Origin: Eledone cirrhosa
Lineage: Eukaryota
Direction: 5' to 3'
DNA: 64,000 nt
NCBI GenBank assembly: GCA_964016885.1
Contig: OZ024741.1
Coordinates: 23,498,001 to 23,562,000, forward strand
Positions 31,201 through 42,313 of the stretch are shown piece after piece. The first letter of the stretch is position 1; the number at the start of each line of letters is the position of its first letter. Position numbers and translations under genes: made by a program. Below the pieces are notes generated by a model. It searched no databases, was not told the origin of the DNA, and was given only the letters and a program-made list of their open reading frames with translations.

Positions 31201-34200
31201 AGAGTGTACTAGTGTATTCTACCATGACACCAGCACTATCACTTTACAGAGTGTACTAGTGTATTCTACCATGACACCAGCACTATCACTTTACAGAGTG
31301 TACTGGGTGTTTTCTATCATGGCACCAGCACTATCACTTTACAGAGTGTACTAGTGTATTCTACCATGACACCAGCACTATCACTTTACAGAGTGTACTG
31401 GGTGTATTCTACCATGACACCAGCACTATCACTTTACAGAGTGTACTAGTGTATTCTACCATGACACCAGCACTATCACTTTACAGAGTGTACTAGTGTA
31501 TTCTACCATGACACCAGCACTATCACTTTACATAGTGTACTAGTGTATTCTACCATGACACCAGCACTATCACTTTACAGAGTGTACTAGTGTATTCTAC
31601 CATGACACCAGAACTATCACTTTACATAGTGTACTAGTGTATTCTACCATGACACCAGCACTATCACTTTACATAGTGTACTAGTGTATTCTACCATGAC
31701 ACCAGCACTATCACTTTACAGAGTGTACTGGGTGTATTCTACCATGACACCAGCACTATCACTTTACAGAGTGTACTGGGTGTATTCTACCATGACACCA
31801 GTACTATCACTTTTCAGAGTGTACTGGGTGTATTCTACCATGACACCAGCACTATCACTTTACAGAGTGTACTGGGTGTTTTCTACCATGACACCAGCAC
31901 TATCACTTTACAGTGTGTACTGGGTGTTTTCTACCATGACACCAGCACTATCACTTTACAGAGTGTACTGGGTGTTTTCTACCATGACACCAGCACTATC
32001 ACTTTACAGAGTGTACTGGGTGTATTCTACCATGACACCAGCACTATCACTTTACATAGTGTACTAGTGTATTCTACCATGACACCAGCACTATCACTTT
32101 ACAGAGTGTACTGGGTGTATTCTACCATGACACCAGCACTATCACTTTACAGAGTGTACTAGTGTATTCTATCATGACACCAGCACTATCACTTTACAGA
32201 GTGTACTGGGTGTATTCTACCATGACACCAGCACTACCACATTACAGAGTGTACTGGATGTTTTCTATCATGACACCAGCACTATCACTTTACAGAGTGT
32301 ACTAGTGTTTTCTACCATGACACCAGCACTATCACTTTACAGAGTGTACTGGGTGTATTCTACCATGACACCAGCACTATCACTTTACAGAGTGTACTAG
32401 TGTATTCTACCATGACACCAGCACTATCACTTTACAGAGTGTACTGGGTGTATTCTACCATGACACCAGCACTATCACTTTACAGAGTGTACTAGTGTAT
32501 TCTATCATGACACCAGCACTATCACTTTACAGAGTGTACTGGGTGTATTCTACCATGACACCAGCACTACCACATTACAGAGTGTACTGGGTGTTTTCTA
32601 TCATGACACCAGCACTATCACTTTACAGAGTGTACTAGTGTTTTCTACCATGACACCAGCACTATCACTTTACAGAGTGTACTGGGTGTATTCTACCATG
32701 ACACCAGCACTATCACTTTACAGAGTGTACTGGGTGTATTCTACCATGGCACCAGCACTATCACTTTACAGAGTGTACTAGTGTATTCTACCATGACACC
32801 AGCACTATCACTTTACAGAGTGTACTAGTGTATTCTACCATGACACCAGCACTATCACTTTACATAGTGTACTAGTGTATTCTACCATGACACCAGCACT
32901 ATCACTTTACAGAGTGTACTAGTGTATTCTACCATGACACCAGAACTATCACTTTACATAGTGTACTAGTGTATTCTACCATGACACCAGCACTATCACT
33001 TTACATAGTGTACTAGTGTATTCTACCATGACACCAGCACTATCACTTTACAGAGTGTACTGGGTGTATTCTACCATGACACCAGCACTATCACTTTACA
33101 GAGTGTACTGGGTGTATTCTACCATGACACCAGTACTATCACTTTTCAGAGTGTACTGGGTGTATTCTACCATGACACCAGCACTATCACTTTACAGAGT
33201 GTACTGGGTGTTTTCTACCATGACACCAGCACTATCACTTTACAGTGTGTACTGGGTGTTTTCTACCATGACACCAGCACTATCACTTTACAGAGTGTAC
33301 TGGGTGTTTTCTACCATGACACCAGCACTATCACTTTACAGAGTGTACTGGGTGTATTCTACCATGACACCAGCACTATCACTTTACATAGTGTACTAGT
33401 GTATTCTACCATGACACCAGCACTATCACTTTACAGAGTGTACTGGGTGTATTCTACCATGACACCAGCACTATCACTTTACAGAGTGTACTAGTGTATT
33501 CTATCATGACACCAGCACTATCACTTTACAGAGTGTACTGGGTGTATTCTACCATGACACCAGCACTACCACATTACAGAGTGTACTGGATGTTTTCTAT
33601 CATGACACCAGCACTATCACTTTACAGAGTGTACTAGTGTTTTCTACCATGACACCAGCACTATCACTTTACAGAGTGTACTGGGTGTATTCTACCATGA
33701 CACCAGCACTATCACTTTACAGAGTGTACTAGTGTATTCTACCATGACACCAGCACTATCACTTTACAGAGTGTACTGGGTGTATTCTACCATGACACCA
33801 GCACTATCACTTTACAGAGTGTACTAGTGTATTCTATCATGACACCAGCACTATCACTTTACAGAGTGTACTGGGTGTATTCTACCATGACACCAGCACT
33901 ACCACATTACAGAGTGTACTGGGTGTTTTCTATCATGACACCAGCACTATCACTTTACAGAGTGTACTAGTGTTTTCTACCATGACACCAGCACTATCAC
34001 TTTACAGAGTGTACTGGGTGTATTCTACCATGACACCAGCACTATCACTTTACAGAGTGTACTGGGTGTTTTCTACCATAACACCAGCACTATCACTTTA
34101 CAGAGTGTACTGGGTGTTTTCTATCATGGCACCAGCACTATCACTTTACAGAGTGTACTGGGTGTATTCTACCATGACACCAGCACTATCACTTTACAGA

Positions 34201-37069
34201 GTGTACTGGGTGTTTTCTACCATAACACCAGCACTATCACTTTACAGAGTGTACTGGGTGTTTTCTATCATGGCACCAGCACTATCACTTTACAGAGTGT
34301 ACTGGGTGTTTTCTATCATGGCACCAGCACTATCACTTTTCAGAGTGTACTGGGTGTATTCTACCATGACACCAGCACTATCACTTTACAGAGTGTACTG
34401 GGTGTATTCTACCATGACACCAGCACTATCACTTTACAGAGTGTACTAGTGTATTCTACCATGACACCAGCACTATCACTTTACAGAGTGTACTGGATGT
34501 ATTCTACCATGACACCAGCACTATCACTTTACAGAGTGTACTAGTGTATTCTACCATGACACCAGCACTATCACTTTACAGAGTGTACTGGGTGTTTTCT
34601 ATCATGGCACCAGCACTATCACTTTACAGAGTGTACTAGTGTATTCTACCATGACACCAGCACTATCACTTTACAGAGTGTACTGGGTGTATTCTACCAT
34701 GACACCAGCACTATCACTTTACAGAGTGTACTAGTGTATTCTACCATGACACCAGCACTATCACTTTACAGAGTGTACTGGGTGTATTCTACCATGACAC
34801 CAGCACTATCACTTTACATAGTGTACTAGTGTATTCTACCATGACACCAGCACTATCACTTTACAGAGTGTACTAGTGTATTCTACCATGACACCAGAAC
34901 TATCACTTTACATAGTGTACTAGTGTATTCTACCATGACACCAGCACTATCACTTTACATAGTGTACTAGTGTATTCTACCATGACACCAGCACTATCAC
35001 TTTACAGAGTGTACTGGGTGTATTCTACCATGACACCAGCACTATCACTTTACAGAGTGTACTGGGTGTATTCTACCATGACACCAGTACTATCACTTTT
35101 CAGAGTGTACTGGGTGTATTCTACCATGACACCAGCACTATCACTTTACAGAGTGTACTGGGTGTTTTCTACCATGACACCAGCACTATCACTTTACAGT
35201 GTGTACTGGGTGTTTTCTACCATGATACCAGCACTATCACTTTACAGAGTGTACTGGGTGTTTTCTACCATGACACCAGCACTATCACTTTACAGAGTAT
35301 ACTGGGTGTATTCTACCATGACACCAGCACTATCACTTTACATAGTGTACTAGTGTATTCTACCATGACACCAGCACTATCACTTTACAGAGTGTACTGG
35401 GTGTATTCTACCATGACACCAGCACTATCACTTTACAGAGTGTACTAGTGTATTCTATCATGACACCAGCACTATCACTTTACAGAGTGTACTGGGTGTA
35501 TTCTACCATGACACCAGCACTACCACATTACAGAGTGTACTGGGTGTTTTCTATCATGACACCAGCACTATCACTTTACAGAGTGTACTAGTGTTTTCTA
35601 CCATGACACCAGCACTATCACTTTACAGAGTGTACTGGGTGTTTTCTACCATAGCACCAGCACTATCACTTTACAGAGTGTTCTGGGTGTATTCTACCAT
35701 GACACCAGCACTATCACTTTACAGAGTGTACTGGGTGTTTTCTATCATGGCAGCAGCACTATCACTTTACAGAGTGTACTGGGTGTATTCTATCAGGACA
35801 CCAGCACTATCACTTTACAGAGTGTACTGGGTGTTTTCTATCATGGCACCAGCACTATCACTTTACAGAGTGTACTGGGTGTTTTCTATCATGGCACCAG
35901 CACTATCACTTTTCAGAGTGTACTGGGTGTATTCTACCATGACACCAGCACTATCACTTTACAGAGTGTACTGGGTGTATTCTACCATGACACCAGCACT
36001 ATCACTTTACAGAGTGTACTGGGTGTATTCTACCATGACACCAGCACTATCACTTTACAGAGTGTACTAGTGTATTCTACCATGACACCAGCACTATCAC
36101 TTTACAGAGTGTACTGGGTGTTTTCTATCATGGCACCAGCACTATCACTTTTCAGAGTGTACTGGGTGTATTCTACCATGACACCAGCACTATCACTTTA
36201 CAGAGTGTACTGGGTGTATTCTACCATGACACCAGCACTATCACTTTACATAGTGTACTAGTGTATTCTACCATGACACCAGCACTATCACTTTACAGAG
36301 TGTACTGGGTGTATTCTACCATGACACCAGCACTATCACTTTACAGAGTGTACTAGTGTATTCTATCATGACACCAGCACTATCACTTTACAGAGTGTAC
36401 TGGGTGTATTCTACCATGACACCAGCACTACCACATTACAGAGTGTACTGGGTGTTTTCTATCATGACACCAGCACTATCACTTTACAGAGTGTACTAGT
36501 GTTTTCTACCATGACACCAGCACTATCACTTTACAGAGTGTACTAGTGTATTCTACCATGACACCAGCACTGTCACTTTACAGAGTGTACTGGGTGTATT
36601 CTACCATGACACCAGCACTATCACTTTACAGAGTGTACTAGTGTATTCTACCATGACACCAGCACTATCACTTTACAGAGTGTACTGGGTGTTTTCTATC
36701 ATGGCACCAGCACTATCACTTTTCAGAGTGTACTGGGTGTATTCTACCATGACACCAGCACTATCACTTTACAGAGTGTACTGGGGGTTTTCTATCATGG
36801 CACCAGCACTATCACTTTACAGAGTGTACTGGGTGTATTCTATCAGGACACCAGCACTATCACTTTACAGAGTGTACTGGGTGTTTTCTATCATGGCACC
36901 AGCACTATCACTTTACAGAGTGTACTGGGTGTTTTCTATCATGGCACCAGCACTATCACTTTACAGAGTGTACTGGGTGTTTTCTATCATGGCACCAGCA
37001 CTATCACTTTACAGAGTGTACTGGGTGTTTTCTATCATGACACCAGCACTATCACTTTACAGAGTGTAC
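28300..37069. repeat. 47/48-bp tandem satellite (GTGTATTCTACCATGACACCAGCACTATCACTTTACAGAGTGTACTGG), about 185 units, intronic
   Basis: Continuous periodicity with 48-bp (CTGGGT) and 47-bp (CTAGT) variants; it fills most of the intron between exons D and E. Confidence 0.98.
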
Positions 37070-37074
37070 CCCAA

Positions 37075-37170
37075 ACAAGATGGATGGATAACATCCATGA
37101 GTTTTGCTGGGGATCCATTGGAAGGAGTGTTTGAGGGCTCTGCCCCCCACGGCCCTTTTAGGAACAAGAA
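37075..37170. repeat. Dispersed repeat fragment of unknown class
   Basis: CAAGATGGATGGATAACATCCATGA...GGAAGGAGTGTTTGAGGGCTCTGCCCCC recurs at about 62104-62221. Confidence 0.6.
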
Positions 37171-37246
37171 GAAACATTGTCAGACTTCCAAATGCCCAAA
37201 TTTATTTCTTGTATTTGTATCTTATATATATTATTTCTATTTTCAG

Positions 37247-37516
37247 AGCCCCCATGCTACAATAAATTACCTCAATAAAGTGGTGGTTCAACTTCTACCT
37301 TTACCTGAGATGCTGCTAAATCATCTTCTGGAAGTCTTACTTTCCCATCTCACTCATCACTACATCTCTCTTGATCCATGTAACACATCATGGAAGAATT
37401 CCGACTGGTTGGATCTCTACAACCCAACACCTCTGGATTTAATCAATTTTTTTAAATGTCTTCTGCACATGAATTGGGGGAAAATGTTACAAAATACTCC
37501 TGCAACCGGTTGTTAA
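37247..37516 (+). CDS. Terminal coding exon E (SPHATINYLNKVVVQLLPLPEMLLNHLLEVLLSHL...PATGC*)
   Basis: TTTCTATTTTCAG acceptor, phase 0, open to TAA at 37514-37516. AT-rich 3'UTR with AATAAA at 37761 and 37961. Confidence 0.8.
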   Translation, partial: SPHATINYLNKVVVQLLPLPEMLLNHLLEVLLSHLTHHYISLDPCNTSWKNSDWLDLYNPTPLDLINFFKCLLHMNWGKMLQNTPATGC

Positions 37517-38037
37517 ATTATTTAGAGTTTTTATTTAATTAATTTACCTTCATTAGGCAGAAATAGTGAACTATTTGCATAATGTCAGCAGAGAAATATC
37601 TATAAAGACCTACATTATCATACGTCCAACCATTCAACAAGATACACCACAAGTATAAACTTTAGAGAATATATCATTGTAACTTCTTCTTCAGTCATGT
37701 TTTGTTGTGCATTGTTGATAATATATTTATATCTACTTACCATACTCGATATGTCAGATAAATAAAGTTTGAGCTTTACACCAGAAAAAGGACGTGTTTG
37801 AAATGTTATGTACAGTTACTATTTTTTAATTTCCAAGTGATTTTAAATAATTCTTTTTTATTTTCTCTTATTATTTAAATGTATTCTGTGATAATAATTT
37901 TCTATCGGCATCACTGAGGATGTTGTGTGGAAATAGAATTATGCATGTATACAGATTGGCAATAAATTACTTATTTTCATTAAAATCTCTGTTTGATGAT
38001 ACTCAAGAAACTAAATGTCATTAACCTCTTTTGATAG

Positions 38038-38328
38038 TGAAGATGCATGGCTTTGTGGTTAGGGTATTCGGCTCACAATTGTAAAGTGGTGGTGCGATGT
38101 ATCCTTGAGCAAGACACTTTATTTTCGTGTTGCTCCATTCCACTCAGCTGGCAAAAATGAGTTGTACCCGTAATACAAAGGGTCAGCCTTGTCCACACCA
38201 AATCTCCCTGAGAACTATGTTATTGGTACGGGTGTCTGTGGAATGCTCAGTCACTTGCACATTAATTTCACAAGCAGGCTGTTCCATTGATCAACTGGAA
38301 CACTTGTCGTAACCGACGGAGTGACAGT
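38038..38328 (+). mobile_element. tRNA-derived SINE (second family)
   Basis: A-box-like GCATGGCTTTGTGGTTAGGG and core TCCTTGAGCAAGACACTTTATTT..CACTCAGCTG, shared with 58250-58400 and 61262-61400. Confidence 0.7.
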
Positions 38329-38390
38329 CAGTCAACCTCTTTCAATACGAAACTACCAGAAACCAGTTCTACAATACAAAGCTGTTTGTC

Positions 38391-41105
38391 TTAATCCTTT
38401 AACATTTAATCCGGCCAGAATTGTCTCACCTCTTTCTGTTCAAACCAACTGTAACCGGCAGCTCATACTGACGTTAAGGTATTGTTTTCAAAATCTCTAT
38501 ATTATGTGAGATAATTATGTAAGGTAAAGACTTTACCACAAAATACAATTGTGTATGTAGAGTAATGTAAATGTTATGTGAGATAATTATGTAAGGTAAA
38601 GACTTTACCACAAAATACAATTGTGTATGTAGAGTAATGTAAATGTTATGTGAGATAATTATGTAAGGTAAAGACTTTACCACAAAATACAGTTGTGTAT
38701 GTAGAGTAATGTAAATGTTATGTGAGATAATTATGTAAGGTAAAGACTTTACCACAAAATACAATTGTGTATGTAGAGTAATGTAAATGTTATGTGAGAT
38801 AATTATGTAAGGTAAAGACTTTACCACAAAATACAGTTGTGTATGTAGAGTAATGTAAATGTTATGTGAGATAATTATGTAAGGTAAAGACTTTACCACA
38901 AAATACAATTGTGTATGTAGAGTAATGTAAATGTTATGTGAGATAATTATGTAAGGTAAAGACTTTACCACAAAATACAATTGTGTATGTAGAGTAATGT
39001 AAATGTTATGTGAGATAATTATGTAAGGTAAAGACTTTACCACAAAATACAGTTGTGTATGTAGAGTAATGTAAATGTTATGTGAGATAATTATGTAAGG
39101 TAAAGACTTTACCACAAAATACAGTTGTGTATGTAGAGTAATGTAAATGTTATGTGAGATAATTATGTAAGGTAAAGACTTTACCACAAAATACAGTTGT
39201 GTATGTAGAGTAATGTAAATGTTATGTGAGATAATTATGTAAGGTAAAGACTTTACCACAAAATACAGTTGTGTATGTAGAGTAATGTAAATGTTATGTG
39301 AGATAATTATGTAAGGTAAAGACTTTACCACAAAATACAGTTGTGTATGTAGAGTAATGTAAATGTTATGTGAGATAATTATGTAAGGTAAAGACTTTAC
39401 CACAAAATACAGTTGTGTATGTAGAGTAATGTAAATGTTATGTGAGATAATTATGTAAGGTAAAGACTTTACCACAAAATACAGTTGTGTATGTAGAGTA
39501 ATGTAAATGTTATGTGAGATAATTATGTAAGGTAAAGACTTTACCACAAAATACAGTTGTGTATGTAGAGTAATGTAAATGTTATGTGAGATAATTATGT
39601 AAGGTAAAGACTTTACCACAAAATACAGTTGTGTATGTAGAGTAATGTAAATGTTATGTGAGATAATTATGTAAGGTAAAGACTTTACCACAAAATACAG
39701 TTGTGTATGTAGAGTAATGTAAATGTTATGTGAGATAATTATGTAAGGTAAAGACTTTACCACAAAATACAGTTGTGTATGTAGAGTAATGTAAATGTTA
39801 TGTGAGATAATTATGTAAGGTAAAGACTTTACCACAAAATACAGTTGTGTATGTAGAGTAATGTAAATGTTATGTGAGATAATTATGTAAGGTAAAGACT
39901 TTACATACACAACTGTATTTTGTGGTAAAGTCTTTACCTTACATAATTATCTCACATAACATTTACATTACTCTACATACACAACTGTATTTTGTGGTAA
40001 AGTCTTTACCTTACATAATTATCTCACATAACATTTACATTACTCTACATACACAACTGTATTTTGTGGTAAAGTCTTTACCTTACATAATTATCTCACA
40101 TAACATTTACATTACTCTACATACACAATTGTATTTTGTGGTAAAGTCTTTACCTTACATAATTATCTCACATAACATTTACATTACTCTACATACACAA
40201 CTGTATTTTGTGGTAAAGTCTTTACCTTACATAATTATCTCACATAACATTTACATTACTCTACATACACAATTGTATTTTGTGGTAAAGTCTTTACCTT
40301 ACATAATTATCTCACATAACATTTACATTACTCTACATACACAATTGTATTTTGTGGTAAAGTCTTTACCTTACATAATTATCTCACATAACATTTACAT
40401 TACTCTACATACACAATTGTATTTTGTGGTAAAGTCTTTACCTTACATAATTATCTCACATAACATTTACATTACTCTACATACACAACTGTATTTTGTG
40501 GTAAAGTCTTTACCTTACATAATTATCTCACATAACATTTACATTACTCTACATACACAACTGTATTTTGTGGTAGAGTAATGTAAATGTTATGTGAGAT
40601 AATTATGTAAGGTAAAGACTTTACCACAAAATACAGTTGTGTATGTAGAGTAATGTAAATGTTATGTGAGATAATTATGTAAGGTAAAGACTTTACCACA
40701 AAATACAATTGTGTATGTAGAGTAATGTAAATGTTATGTGAGATAATTATGTAAGGTAAAGACTTTACCACAAAATACAATTGTGTATGTAGAGTAATGT
40801 AAATGTTATGTGAGATAATTATGTAAGGTAAAGACTTTACCACAAAATACAATTGTGTATGTAGAGTAATGTAAATGTTATGTGAGATAATTATGTAAGG
40901 TAAAGACTTTACCACAAAATACAGTTGTGTATGTAGAGTAATGTAAATGTTATGTGAGATAATTATGTAAGGTAAAGACTTTACCACAAAATACAATTGT
41001 GTATGTAGAGTAATGTAAATGTTATGTGAGATAATTATGTAAGGTAAAGACTTTACCACAAAATACAGTTGTGTATGTAGAGTAATGTAAATGTTAAAGG
41101 GTTAA
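38391..41105. mobile_element. M1 piggyBac-type MITE inflated to 2.7 kb by internal tandem amplification
   Basis: TTAA|TCCTTTAACATTTA left end, TAAATGTTAAAGGG|TTAA right end; the first ~105 bp align to 20056 and 60452. Confidence 0.9.
38497..41096. repeat. 72-bp tandem satellite, about 36 near-identical units, with an inverted block at 39905-40572
   Basis: Unit TTATGTGAGATAATTATGTAAGGTAAAGACTTTACCACAAAATACARTTGTGTATGTAGAGTAATGTAAATG; only one A/G polymorphism seen; orientation is +/-/+. Confidence 0.97.
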
Positions 41106-41227
41106 AGAGTTTATAGTTATTAAAAACATTCCAATCATAATTTTATTTAAGAAACTTTTATGTTCCAAAATCCAGTTTAACAATGAATAAATTGATTTTA
41201 TGAAATTATTGTAAACTGATAACCTGG

Positions 41228-42275
41228 TGGAAGACGCCCCAGCTGACAGCGCCCTCCTTAGACAGCTTTTCTTTTCAAGGCAACCCCCCCGGTGTTCAGG
41301 CGATTTTAGCGCCTATGATGGAGTCTACCACAGTCGACCAGCTAGCAGCTTCGGCCAACAAAATTATAAGTTTCACTGGAAACCCTGCCTCCTATGTTGC
41401 ACCTCAGCCACCAACTGCGGTCTCTTCGTTCTCCCCTGCCTCCTATGTTGCACCTCAGCCACCAACTGCGGTCTCTTCGTTCTCCCCTGCCTCCTATGTT
41501 GTACCTCAGCCACCAGCGGCAGTCTCTTCGTTCTCCCCTGCCTCCTATGTTGCACCTCAGCCACCAGCTGCGGTCTCTTCGTTCTCCCCTGCCTCCTATG
41601 TTGCACCTCAGCCACCAGCTGCGGTCTCTTCGTTCTCCCCTGCCTCCTATGTTGCACCTCAGCCACCAGCTGTGGTCTCTTCGTTCTCCCCTGCCTCCTA
41701 TGTTGCACCTCAGCCACCAGCTGTGGTCTCTTTGTTCTCCTCTGCCTCCTATGTTGCACCTCAGCCACCAGCGGCGGTCTCTTCGTTCTCCCCTGCCTCC
41801 TATGTTGCACCTCAGCCACCAACTGCGGTCTCTTCGTTCTCCCCTGCCTCCTATGTTGCACCTCAGCCACCAGCTGTGGTCTCTTCGTTCTCCCCTGCCT
41901 CCTATGTTGCACCTCAGCCACCAGCTGCGGTCTCTTCGTTCTCTCCTGTCTCCTATGTTGCACCTCAGCCACCAGCTGCGGTCTCTCCTGCCTCCTTCGT
42001 TGCACCTCAGCCACCGGCTGCAGTCTCTTCGTTCTCTGCAGCAGCTGCCGTCCACACCGATCACTCACGTGTGTCTGTGGCAATACTTCAAGCCATAGAG
42101 CAACTCACCAAAGAGGTGAGACAATTGAGTACCTCCAGGGCTCAATCGCCCAGACGTCGCTTCCAGAGCCGTTCGGCGCCACACAAGCAAACCAGGACTG
42201 TGCTACTACCACAGTCGTTTTGGCACGGCGGCACGCTCTTGTAACCAGCCCTGTTCGTTTTCCATCCAGGGAAAC
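41228..42275 (+). pseudogene. gag: Gypsy gag C-terminal part, frameshifted
   Basis: LLRQLFFSR..GVQAILAPMMESTTVDQLAASANKI and the C-terminal CYYHSRFGTAARSCNQPC motif lie in different frames. Confidence 0.75.
41384..42037 (+). repeat. 51-bp coding-phase tandem repeat (PASYVAPQPPAAVSSFS) x about 13 inside gag
   Basis: 51-bp periodicity that preserves the gag frame (ORF 41315-42244). Confidence 0.93.
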
Positions 42276-42313
42276 GGATTTCAGGAGACCTGAACACGGC
42301 ACAGTCTCCTCTG

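Noticed and set aside
28585-37069. ORFs of repeating YSTMTPALSLYRVYWV
   Set aside because: The 48-bp monomer is a multiple of 3 and is randomly broken by the 47-bp TAG variant. Only 37247-37516 of the last ORF looks like a real exon.
38474-41059. ORFs of repeating VKSLPYIIISHNIYITLHTQLYFV
   Set aside because: 72-bp satellite read-through; the ORFs flip strand with the inversion.
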